This document shows positions 40,201-51,830 of a DNA stretch of 64,000 nucleotides, piece after piece. Each line of letters opens with the position of its first letter. Positions within the stretch are counted from its first letter, which is position 1. The stretch is from Lama guanicoe (lineage: Eukaryota), in the NCBI GenBank assembly GCA_013239625.1, contig MU054323.1, positions 2,840,161 through 2,904,160 on the forward strand. The letters run 5' to 3'. A program made the translations under genes and the position numbers. The notes under the pieces were generated by a model. It was not told the origin of the DNA. It ran no database searches and saw only the letters and a program-made list of their open reading frames with translations.

Positions 40201-41870
40201 TTTTTTAAAGAAATTTATTTAAAAGACCTAAATAAATAGAAAGACACCCTGTGTTCACAGATTAAATGACTTGATAATGTAAAGATGGCAATACTCCCCA
40301 AATCTATCTATATTTTCAATGAAACCTCTGCCCAAATTCCAATGAACTTTCATGCAGAAATGGACAAGCTAAGTCCAAAACTCACAGAAATTGCAAGAAA
40401 CCCTGAATAGCCAAAATGATCTTCAAAAGAAGAACAAAATTAGAGGACTCACATTCTCCAATTTCAAAACTTATTATCAAGCTTTAGTAATTAAACAATG
40501 CGGTATTGGCGTAAGGCTAGACATAAGATCAACAGAATAGAATTGAGAGTCCAGAAGTAAACTCATGCATCTATGGTTAGTTGACTTTTGACAAGCGTTG
40601 GGGGGAAAAAAGCATTCAGTGGGGAAAGTATAATACTTTCAACAAATGGTGCTCGGACAACTGGATATCCACATGGAAAGAATGAATGTGGACCATTATG
40701 TTACACCATATGTAGAAAGTGTATTCAAAGTGAATGAAAGGCCCAAATGTAAGAGCTAAAGCTATGAATCTCTTAGAAGAAAATACACTTGTAAATCTTC
40801 ATGACCTCAGATTAGACAACAGTTTCTTAAATATGACAGCAAAATTACAAGGAACAAAAGAAAAAATTAACTGAACTTAAACTTTTGTGCAAAGGACACT
40901 ATAAGAAAGTGAAAAGACATTCCATAGAATAGGAGGAAATACTTGCAAATCATACATCTAGTAAGGGTCTAGTATTCAGAATATATAACTAAATTTACAA
41001 CTGAACAACAAAAAGAAAACAACCTAATCAAGAAATGATCAAATGGCTTTAATAGATGTTTCTCTAAAGACATAAAAACGGCCAATGAGCAAATGAAAAG
41101 CTGCACAACATCATTAGTCATTAGAGAAATGCCTGTCAAAACCCCTACGAGATACCACTTACACCCACTAGAATGGCTCTAATAAAAAAAGGACAAAAAC
41201 AAAGAAACAGAATGTAAGACATGTGGGTGAGAATGTTGAGAAACTAGAACCACCTTCATATATTGCTAATGAGGATGTAAAACAGTACAGGGCTCTGGAA
41301 ACCAGTTTGGTGGTTCCTTATGAAGTTAAACATAAAATTATTATATGACATGGAAATTCTACTCGAGGGAAACTCAAGAGAATTGAAAACAAACACAAAT
41401 TAAAAAAAAAAAGAAAAACTTATACATGAGTGTTCACAGTAGCATTATTCATTAATACCTCCAAACTGGAAACAACCCCATTATCATCAACTGATGAAAT
41501 AAACTGTAGTATATACCTATGATAGAATATTATTAAGCCACAAAAAGGAATTAAGTACTGGTACATGCTATAACATGGGTGAGCTTGGAAAACATTATGC
41601 TAAGTAAAAGCAGCCAGTCACCAAAGAGCCCATGTGTATGATTTGTTGATATGAAATGTCTAGAAAATGGTTTCGTGATTGCCAGGGTCTCAGAAAATGG
41701 GGAGTGAATACCTGATAGGCACACGATTTCTTCTCTGGGTGATAAAGATGCTCTGGATTTAGATAGTGGTGATGGCGCACAACACTGTGAATGTACTAAA
41801 AGCCACTGAATAACACACTTTAAAATGGTTCAATTTTATCTAACCTCAATAAATTTTTTTTAACAAAAAG
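37296..41870 (+). mobile_element. L1MB-type LINE, ~4.6 kb (ORF1 end, decayed ORF2, 3'UTR)
   Basis: ORF2 N-terminus (TALNVNDSNSLIKRQKLAGW), RT motif LSLFADNMMLYIEHPK (39739-40017), L1MB-type 3'UTR ending cctcaataaa. Many disablements. Confidence 0.95.
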
Positions 41871-43009
41871 AAACCCAAAGTACAATAAAAATCAGATAGG
41901 ACTAAAAGTGCTTTCTTACTCATTTTTCTCATTTGTTTTCATAGAAATCACCATATGTAGGAAAAACTAGGCTTTGTAAAAGGCTTTGATTCAGGCTATG
42001 TCATAAACTGAAAAAAAAATCCAGAGATTTCAGAGTTAGTTCTAACTGTGATATTTAAGAGCTGTATCACCCTGGGGAAGTCTCTTCATTTCTCTAGGCT
42101 CCGGTCACCTCAAATGACATCCTGGTGTCCACCTGCCCAATATACAGGCGAGGCCTGGTCTGGATCCAAGGACCACATAGAAAGGCCATGAGTCACTTCT
42201 GAGCCTGACTCATGACAAGATGGGTTAATGGTAAAGTGGGAAGAGTCGAGAAACAATCCAGTTTCTCCTAAGTTTTCCCCTGAATTATCCTCATTTGTGG
42301 GCAAAATGCTCCAGAATGCTATTTTTAAAGGGTAACGATATTTGGCTAAAATGTCCTCAGAGGAAGGGGAGGTAAGGACTGGGAGAAGTTTGCCCAAACC
42401 ACAGGGCCTCCGAACTTCAGTCCACATCACCAGCAGCAGCCCTAATGAGCTCTGTGCTGGACTCTCCAAATTGAATTACATAATACATTTCCGTTTCATT
42501 TCATGAATCACAACTTGGGATACAATGTTCCTGGGTTGCAGTTGATATATTTCAGAGATTACCAAAGATTTCAAAAAGAAAAATCTATTTTATTAAATTC
42601 ATATGTAAAATGTCTGTATGTCAGCCAACTTATTTATTTCAAATTTGGGATTTTCTTAAATGCCGTAGTTAGAGCTCAATGTCAAGAGAGTTCCCGATAA
42701 ACTCATTTATGAATGGTAAGACGGCAGTTGCCCCCGGATTTTTCATTTCTTTTGACAGCTCAGTTCCTGGCTGATGACGGTAGGTTTTATTTCAGCTGCC
42801 CCTGCTGGAGTCCTTTGTGGTTGGGAGTGAGAATGAGCGGTTAAAGCCTCAGAACAGGGACCAGGGGAAGTGAAACTCATATGGAGAAAAGGTAACAGTG
42901 AGTTTAGTTCACTCTGACCCTCAGCCCCGTATTCAAACATGAACCCCTTTATGCATGGCAGTGGTGCTGGCATCCGTCATGCTCACTTCCCTTTGCTGAG
43001 GACAACAAA

Positions 43010-43255
43010 GGAGTCAGAGCACGGGTTCTGGAATCAGAAAGACACCGTCCAAACCCTCGCTCAGCCATTGTTAGCTCTGCAGCCTTGGGAAGGTTATTTG
43101 ATCTCTCCTGGCTTCAGTGCATTAAGCTGTAATGTGGGACTAATAATAGCACACCTGTCATAGAGTTCTCATAAGGACTAATGACGTGAGGTACGCGGAG
43201 TTATTAGCACAGAGCCTAGCACGTAGTAAGTAGTCAATAAACATCAGCCGTGTAT
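43010..43255 (+). mobile_element. Near full-length MIR
   Basis: agagcacgggttctggaatcaga...gccttgggaaggttatttgatctctc...agcacagagcctagcacgtagtaagtagtcaataaa. Confidence 0.85.
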
Positions 43256-43809
43256 TAATGTTGTTTTTCTACCTGAGGAGCGGCAACTTTGAATTATACA
43301 CTGGCTTTTGGCTCATCCAGCATCTCCTGAGTCGTCACTCGTTTTCAAAGCTTATGATCGCGTTCACTTTTGCAGAAGTACAAACTCTTTGACATGTGAT
43401 CTGCTGTCCATCATGAATTCATGATTTCATACATCGTTTATTTATAGTATTTACTGACTACCTTCTATGTGCCACACAGAAAGTTAACCATGAGGGGAAC
43501 AAAGTTGAGAAAAACAAAGCAGTTTTTTTCCCTCCAGGTTCTAACTGGAGGGAAAGGAATGAGATGAATACAAGCAGGTTTGGAGGGTGTGGAATATGAT
43601 GGCGTTGCTGCAGGAGCCCAGGGGAAGGCCAGCTGAACCAGAGCTGGATGCTGGGCAAGCACGGTCTTCCCTACCAGCCTGCAGTGAGGGTGAAGTGAGA
43701 GCTTGGGGGACAAGGAAAAGGGCTAAGTGCAGGAGAGACAGCCTAGCTGGGGAGATGGAGACTAATTACCATGAAACAGCTGAGAAAGGGTGCAAGGAAC
43801 GACAGTTTT

Positions 43810-43960
43810 AAATGTTACACCAACAATTTCAAGTCCATTTTACAGATGAGGAAATGGAGGCCCAGAAAGCTTTTGTACCTGGTCCAAGATCATCAGTCAG
43901 TAGTTAACAGCAGAGGTACAACTCGAGCCCAAATCTGTCTGACTCTTTCCACAGGACTAT
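43810..43960 (-). mobile_element. MIR fragment
   Basis: ccattttacagatgaggaaatggaggcccaga core. Confidence 0.75.
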
Positions 43961-44849
43961 GCCACACCCCCCTTACTCTATCACACTTTCTTTATAGAAA
44001 GCCTAAGTGATTGGTACTGATTCGAAATCCAAACAGGCCTCCTGGTCTTCTAGACTAACATACATTGCACCAACCGGCACTGAATAGTATACGGATGGTC
44101 TAATCCCAATTTCTTCCGAAGCAATCACAAGCAGGTGATAAGTCACTTGAACAGTACCAGCAATTCCTTTTGGCCTACATTTTCACATCCCAGCTTAATT
44201 TTCCTTAACACAACGCAGGTGTGGCGGGGGCGTTTTCAACTCTTACTACGGAAGACAAAAAACAATCCTTAGTTTATAAAAGAATAATATAGCTCTATTA
44301 GAAGGCTTAGCTTTTTTCTCTTTTTAACCCCTAAACACCTATCAATAGAGTAAGATCTTTTATTTATCCAAACACACTTTTTATTAACAACAATGAGAAT
44401 GGATTTTTCCAAAGACAGAGTTCACAGTGTTGAGGGGTTGGTGTGTGTGTGAGTCTTGCAGGCACGGCCCCTCAGGGCGACACCCCACATTACACTTGCA
44501 TTGCATTTGTAGTTTATAAAGCCCTGTGCTTCCTCTTTCTCCTTTGATGGTCACAGCACCTCTGGAAAGAAAATGGGATCTTTTTTTTCCACCTCCACTG
44601 TATGGAGTGTTTAGGGGACACTCACGGTGTGACTGATCTCCACGACCCACATCCCAACCCGGTTCTGTTCCCTACACCATGCCCTTTCCTAATTGCTCTG
44701 TTCATTTGGTACCTGTGAGGGTTAACTAGGAACACAGGAGTTCTGTTAAATATCACAGTAGTTAGTACATTTTAATCCTGATCCCCTAGCCTACTGTAGC
44801 TGCTGTAAAATATATGGCAATAATTTCCTGAGGCAGGGTAATGTATAAG

Positions 44850-45600
44850 GAATGTCAGGCCAGCCTCTGGGCATATTTGCCTTAGCTCAGTTTTATTAAA
44901 GTGAAACTTTTATTAAGGCATGTGGTGAATTGAGCAATCGGCATGATTCATGCTGTTATAAACCCATTGCTACACTCACCATAAATCAATGAGCCATTGT
45001 CGTCCATTTGCTGTGGAGTTGGTAGAAACGAGGGAAAAAATCAATATGGGGATATTATTCAGACCATATGAAAGTATTAAAGTGTATTCTGTGTGTATTA
45101 AACCTGGCCGAACCATATTTCATGTGTACTTTTCTTTTTCTGTAAATATCTCCGTTTGTATCCTCTACCCTATACTATTTGCTAATCCATATGCTCCTGT
45201 GAAATAATTATAGGAAATATTTTAAATTCCACATAAGTCGTTATGATTTAAAAGTGCGTTTCATGATGATTAATTTGCATAATAAAATTGTCCCGAGGAC
45301 AAAGCATTCACAATATTAACAATGAGCCTCGTCCCTTACAAACACACTACAGCCATAAACTTTGTATAATTCAAAAAAAAAATCAAGCAACAGGAGGAAG
45401 TGATTTGAGCCAGAGAAAGGGCACTTTTCATTATCTTCCCGCTTGATGGGGACAATCACTGAGCCAGCAGCAATCTCCACATATCTGGAAACGATTACCG
45501 TATCTCCGTTTACCTGGAACCTTCTCCAACTGTTGAAATACGTATCAGCGACAGACATCTCCCTCTAGGGCTGCAGTGTGTGATCACCTGCTCTTCTGCA
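44850..45600. promoter_or_regulatory. Repeat-free, conserved-looking noncoding block around the microexon
   Basis: PBX-HOX-type TGATTTATGG (minus, 44979-44988), TAATTTGCATAAT octamer (ATTTGCAT at 45273-45280), GCATG motif downstream of the donor, several retained CpGs. Confidence 0.4.
44980..45010 (-). CDS. Candidate 31-nt microexon carrying an ATG (coding part 45007->44980, MDDNGSLIY + phase-1 G)
   Basis: Minus strand: ttttttccctcgtttctaccaactccacag|CAAATGGACGACAATGGCTCATTGATTTATG|gtgagtgt. Strong polypyrimidine tract with CAG, consensus GTGAGT donor, repeat-free flanks. Confidence 0.55.
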
Positions 45601-47398
45601 TTAGGAAGTTTCAGGTTCCTCTAGAGGCTGATGTGAGCTGGTCACAAAAAAAAAGGTGTAGCCACATCTGGCTGCACACTTCAAGCTGCAATACCACTGA
45701 GCTCATTCTCTGGTTTAGGTCGTGGGGAGTTGGGTTATTCATTGCCATCTTAATTACTTAGCATGGTTTCTGTGGTGCTCTAATGCTCTCTGAAGCAAAG
45801 GTTGGATTTCACAAAATACCTATGCAGTGCCCAGCGGGTTCAAGGCCTTCAGCAGGCAGGAGGGGAGGGGTATGAGTGAATGTGCCATGGTGTTCCATTC
45901 AGCAGGTCTGGGCTGCCTCTGACAAGTGCTCTAAGCAGAGAGGACGGTGGAAACCAAGGAGAGGCAGACACAGTTCCAACCAGGGGATTCGAGACTCCTG
46001 AGGGACATTTTGAAGGATGCTTTTAACTTCAACAGGCTTAACACATGAACCAATAATATATACCCTGTTGGCTGCATGTAGCTTGCTACCCAAGGGCTAT
46101 CTTTTGGAGAAAGAGAATCAGTAACTCTAGATAGTTGGGAATTTCCTTACTGACATTATTTTACATTTTCCAATAAAGGAAGAGCTCCAAATGCATACTC
46201 CAGGCACTGGGGACATCAAGGGAATTTTGTGACAAGCCTTGTAATCAAAAGGATATGCTCATTCTATGGTGGAAACCTCTCTGCCCTGTTTTGTTTTGTT
46301 TTTATGTAAGACTGCTTTAATAAAAATAATATTCCTTATTCAACTACTTAAACTCGTTGAAACTAAGGGATTTAATGTTGCTTGATTTCCAAAGCAACAG
46401 GAGGTAGAGGGAGCAGAAATAAGCAGGAAAGCTGAGGGAGAGAGCCAACCTGCAGCAGGCTCAGGTCAAGGAGGTGGGGATTAAATGTCCCTTTGCCAGC
46501 TCACTCCTGACCCCGCCGAAGGGTGCAGTAACTCCACTGCTCCCAGAACCCAGGCTGAACGTCCTGGTTTTCTGCCTCCTTCCATGCGTTCATTTGGAGC
46601 CCAAGCCATTGATGGCAGGAGCTTCCACGGAGAGACCAGAGAGCATGTGACATAATCTCTGGCTTTACTGCGGTATGTGTGTCTTTCAGGGCAAATGGTT
46701 CGAGATGATCCATCACGCGCTGTGATGTCAGATTATCCACTGAGACAGAGGTCTCTGCAGAAATACAGCTATATGCAGATAATGGTATTTCCAGTTGTTG
46801 TGACAGACCAGGCTGAGGCCGGGAAGGAGTGGTTCCGGCCAGGAGAACATCAGATGATATACACACAGACAGACACAAGAGTAAGGCACCGTGAACCGAC
46901 CGTCGGTTGAGTTTTGCGGTTCCTTCCTTTCCTGTACATTTGTCCGCAGTCAGCATAGGCTGCCATCCCACAAAGCTCAGCCTGATCACCGGGTGAGTCC
47001 CAGGCCACCGCGGTGAGTCCCCAAGCCTCCACTGCTCCTCCAGCTCTGTGTCCCCTGCTTGTCATAGAGCAGAAGGACCATTCAGAGGGCTGCCTTCAGC
47101 TCTTTCCTCTCCGTGTTTAATGACCACAATCATTTTATTCTTCCTCTAAATCTTTTATTTTGTTTCACTTTTTCTACCTTTCAGTCGTTTTCCTTTTTCT
47201 CCCCCTAGATTGTCCCTCTGAATCATCTATATTCTGCTTTGAACCTTCTGGCCTCCAGCACTGGGCTGAGAACACAGCACTGGAGAAAACCCCCTCAATC
47301 ATTTAACCAGCACTTATTGAGAATCTGCTGTGCTCTTGACCCTGGCTACGTACTGTGTATACAAAGAAGCAGTAAGGCACAATAGGAAGATGGTTTTA

Positions 47399-47492
47399 TT
47401 TTTATTTCCTTTTAAGGCTGCTAATCAAGTGACTTTATTTTTTTTAACTTTTTTTATTGACTTACAGTCATTTTACAATGTGTGTCAAATTT
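47399..47492 (-). mobile_element. Tiny young (camelid-like) L1 3' tail inserted in a MIR
   Basis: ttttttaactttttttattgacttacagtcattttacaatgtgtgtcaaat resembles the camelid L1 3' end as I recall it. gtttta flanks it at 47393-47398 and 47493-47498. Confidence 0.6.
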
Positions 47493-48084
47493 GTTTTAAA
47501 TCCGAATTGATGTGGGTTCAGATAGATGCTTTACCACTTACTCAGCTGTGCAGCTTTGGTTTCTCCATCTGCACTGGAACCAAGTGTAAGGCACCGGGCA
47601 GTCTGACACATCGGCACCCAGTGCATGGAACCCAGCACAACTACTGTTGTTTCTAAGCTGTAATCAAGACCTTCACAGAGTATGTGTTTCTTAGGCTCAT
47701 GATCTTTGTGTGGATACTTGCTCCATATTGTTGAATTATCTTGAAACTTGTTTAAACAATTGAAAGGAGAATTTGGCAGGGATTTTCAGAACCCAAAGCC
47801 ATGGGAACAACAGACAGACTCTGTGTTGATTAAAACTTGGGGAAGTTCTCTTTTTGTCCTTAGATTTCATCCCCGATCTTGATCTTATACCCAGCACCCC
47901 TGCTCCCTCTTCCCTTTCCCTGCGATGAAGGACTAAAGGCTGAGGGTGTTAATTCAGTAAGCCATGGTAATTATTTGAATTGACTTTTTCCTCCCAACTG
48001 CAAGCATATTTTAATAGGGAACATTTTAAGACCAAACTGTCCTTCAGACATGAAGGAAGGAAAGTTTCTTGGCAGATCTATAGG

Positions 48085-48170
48085 CTGTGTCTCACCCTAG
48101 GTCAAGTGAATCAGAATCTCCAAGGAGGGGCACAGAAATCTGTTTTTAACAAGTCATCAGGCAAGTTGTA
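48085..48170. mobile_element. MER5A-like fragment
   Basis: tgaatcagaatctccaaggaggggcacagaaatctgtttttaacaag. Confidence 0.65.
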
Positions 48171-48909
48171 AAACTTGATTCACGACATTTACAAAAACAA
48201 TGATGTTGCATCCCCAAGTCTTTTTAAGTGTTGTTTGGAGCAAAAGAAATGTAAAGTGGGACACATGCCCTCAGGGAGTTTATAACCCTAATTGGAGACT
48301 ATATATAAGACGTATGTGTACATGTGTCCATATGTAATATATGTGTATATATATGCACATGGGTGTGTACACACACACATACATAACAAGATAGGTAATC
48401 AAGCAAGTTTCTCATTAAAAGTGCGATCAGGGTGAGTAAAATGCACAGAAACAGGAGGTCTAAAAAGACAGGACCAGAGCAGCATCCTGGAGGAAGCATG
48501 TGTAGGAATTTTCAAGTATTGTTATTATGCAAATAGTCAAATATCCACACTGGTAAAAAAAAAATAGTATAGTGAACCCCCCGAACCTGTCACTGATTTT
48601 CAGTAGTTTTGCCCAACTTTTTGCTTTTCTTCCTCACTGCCTCTCCACACTCTCCATTCTCCCAGAGCACTCAAGCCCTGTCCTGGGCCCTGAACTGACT
48701 GCTCCCCATCCAGGACAAGATCACATTACATCGTATACTCCATTTCCACACCTCTTCGGTTGAGGACAGGTCCGTAGACCACACTTGGAGCAGCAGTGCT
48801 TTGAACCACACGCCCGACATCAGATCACACGACTTCAGAAAAGAGAAGAGTGCAAGGGTTCCAGGCAAGGGCAGTTTGAAAATGGGGCTGAACCACGGCA
48901 GGGAACGAA

Positions 48910-49130
48910 TTTTATGAAAAGTACTAATATGCACTGTACCAGGTACCATGCGTGTGTGTCTCAATTCATCCTTCCGGCAGCCTGAGAGATGTTGTTATTT
49001 CTCATTTTACAGATGAGGAAACAGAGGCTCTGGGGGGATAGGTAATGTACCCAAAGTCACTTAGCTGTAAATCGGCAAAGTTGGGTCGCTAAGGTCTGTC
49101 CATCCTCAAGGTCTGTGTTTTCTTCACTGA
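48910..49130 (-). mobile_element. MIR
   Basis: ctcattttacagatgaggaaacagaggctc...cccaaagtcacttagctgtaa. Confidence 0.8.
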
Positions 49131-49319
49131 CCCTTTGGCCCCCTTCTTACCAAGGACACAACCAAAAAGCAGCCTGAAGGGAACACAGGGAGCACACACC
49201 AAAAAAACAAAGTTCTGGGAAATGGGAAAGAAAGGAAAAACTGGGACACAATGTTGAGATCTAAGTGCTGGGACACGGCGCTTTCCTTTGTTCTATTGTG
49301 GGTAATAGGGAGCTTTTAA

Positions 49320-49890
49320 ATGTTTTATAATGATAACATTTACCATTATGAAATATTAAATTTTTAGATATTATGAAAATAATGTCAGGCTGTCACATAT
49401 ATTTTGGATAATAGAAAAAAGAATCCCATACAACAGCTATTTAAATTTCATTAGTGTCTTTTTCCTTGCATGTATTTTTCAGATCACTGACACCATACTC
49501 TACACACATTTTTTATATCCTGTTTTTTACTTAACATTAAATCTTTTCAAATGTCTCATGTCATTTTATAGTTTTTATCTCCATCCTTGACAATGACCTC
49601 ACTAATTCATCTAGTAAATATATCATGATTTGTTCAAAAACCCTTTTAATGGTAAAAACTTAGGTCCTCTCCATTTTTGTGTTGTTACAAATAATGCTAT
49701 GATGACTATGAGTATCTTTATGCATACAGGTTTTTCTGTGCTAAGGGATTGTTTCTTTAGGAGGGGGTCCAGAGGTAGAACTCCTGGACCATATGAGCAT
49801 GTTTATGGTTCCTGATGTGTATTGTTTGCTGCTTTCCATAAGGATTATGCAAATTTACCTTATCACCAACAATGCAGAGAATGCCAGCCA
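49320..49890 (-). mobile_element. Old L1ME-type fragment
   Basis: gttacaaataatgctatgatg...agaggtagaactcctggaccatatg...aatttaccttatcaccaacaatg. Confidence 0.65.
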
Positions 49891-50639
49891 CTGGTGGATT
49901 CTGAGTGGGGAAAAGGGATGACACTGTGGATGATTTCCATACATGTAAGAGATTTAACCTTGCTTTCAGGGTAGTAGGGAGCCACTGAAGGTTCTTGGCT
50001 AGGAGAGTGAGATGTGAATAGTTGTACGAGACTCGCCTGAGGTTAGCACTTGTGATGCATAAGGATTACACTAGACTAGTAGTCAGGGGCCTGGTTCTCG
50101 TCTTTGTACTGTGGAAACTAATCATGGCTCCTAGAGCAAGTCACTTGTCTTTAGGTGTTAGCTTTGCTACGTTAATGAGGTATGTAGTGAATGATCCTTT
50201 ATAGTTTCATAGCACTAAGGTTGTATGATTCATCTGAATTCTGAACGTTTACTTATAGATACTTGACTCCACAATGAATTGTTCATTCCTCTAAGTTACC
50301 ATGTCTAGTCAAATCCCAGTTCTTTTGGGGACGAAGAATGCCCGGCACCTACGCCACTATTTCCTCCCTTGTATTAATGGTACCACCAGCCCCTTGATCA
50401 TGGCTCTCTTTCTGGTTCAGAATCACCTGCCACGCAGCGCTCAGGCAGCCCCTCATGCATGGTCAGCAGTAAGTGACACACAGAGGAAACCCATCTACTG
50501 TCAAGGCCCTGGCCTGACCCCATCCCTGACTCCTCAGTGCCTACAAGGGCCAGGGGACAGATGTAGAGAAAGAAAGTGAGGACGAACAAAGAGATATGTG
50601 CTGTGAACACTCAGATTGTGCTCACTCTGACCCGTAACT

Positions 50640-50850
50640 GTTCTAAGAGCTTCACAAATATGACCTCATTTCACCCTCAAGCAATGCTAGGAGGGAGGTT
50701 ATTATTACCAGTTTCACAATAAGGACACCAAGGCATGGAGGCGAAGGGGCATGCCCACAGTCCCAGAGTGGGAGGAGATGCCAAAGCTCAAATCCTGGCA
50801 GCCTGGGCTCAAACCCTGGAAGCCTGGGTTCGAAGACTGTGGACTCAGCC
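50640..50850 (-). mobile_element. MIR
   Basis: ctaagagcttcacaaatatgacctcatttcaccctc...attattaccagtttcacaataaggacaccaaggc. Confidence 0.7.
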
Positions 50851-51429
50851 CTCCACCATGTCATGCATGAAGAGAGGAAGGAGGCTTGTGGGAGGAGAAG
50901 GCAGAGGTGATATGGGGACAAGAAGAGGAGGCCAGGATGCTGGAAGACAGACTGCCGAGTCTATAATCTCACCACAAGAGGATCCTACACTTACCACGCA
51001 TTTATTCTCTTAGTCGGTAATTCTATAAAAACCAGGCGACTTTAAATGCAAGGAGCTGGGCTAGGGGGACCACTCAGAGCTACGGCACAATGGGGATAAC
51101 AAAGGTAAAAGAATCATGACCTCCCCTACTTCCCAAGAATTTACAAGTGGGCAGAGAAATGAGATACATAAATCACTGACTGAGATACACAGTGGCGTGA
51201 GATGAGCAGAACTAGGGGGGCGCAGATAAAGCCATCCCCCCCAGGTGAGGGAGCCAGCGGCCAAGGGAAGCTGAGCAGAGTGGGGGCCTCTCCCCTGCAT
51301 CCTGAGCCACAGGCAGGACGATGTAGATTCATACAGGTGAGGATAAAGACGCCCCAGCAAAGAAGGGGGGGGTGCACACAGGCAGGTAATAAAGTGCACA
51401 TGAGGAACTGCAAGTTTGGACTCAAATTG

Positions 51430-51830
51430 GAAAGGCCACTGATGCCTGTAATAGACAAGATAACAAAAATAAACCCCCAATGTCCAATGGCTTAAGACAA
51501 TACACACTACCTCTGCTCCACAAAACAGACCAATTACGTTTTCCTCATCAGCAAAATGGTTTACTCCAAGTGGTGTTTGTCCTTCCATCATTGGTTCCTC
51601 AACCCCTACAGGCATAGGATCCTCTGTTTCCACTGAGAACGAGAAGACAAGGGTAGGAAAGGAGCACCCTCCTCTGACACACACATCACTTCTGCTCACA
51701 TTTCATTTGAAAAATTAGATTCAGGGTGGAGGGTGGGGCAGTGAGGGGAGCAGGGGGGAAATGTCATCCCAGTCTGGGCAGCCACTCCCAAGAAGCATTT
51801 GTACGCTGTGGGTGGGCAGCTGAAGTTTAA
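51430..51830 (-). mobile_element. MLT1-type (MaLR) solo LTR, old
   Basis: taacaaaaataaacccccaatgtccaatggcttaagacaa...acacatcacttctgctcacatttcatt...gggaaatgt are typical antisense MLT1 motifs. Confidence 0.65.

Noticed and set aside
48517..48534. SOX-OCT-like composite TATTGTT-att-ATGCAAAT
   Set aside because: Appears to lie at the edge of an old L1MC-type 3' fragment with similar sequence. An isolated motif is expected by chance.
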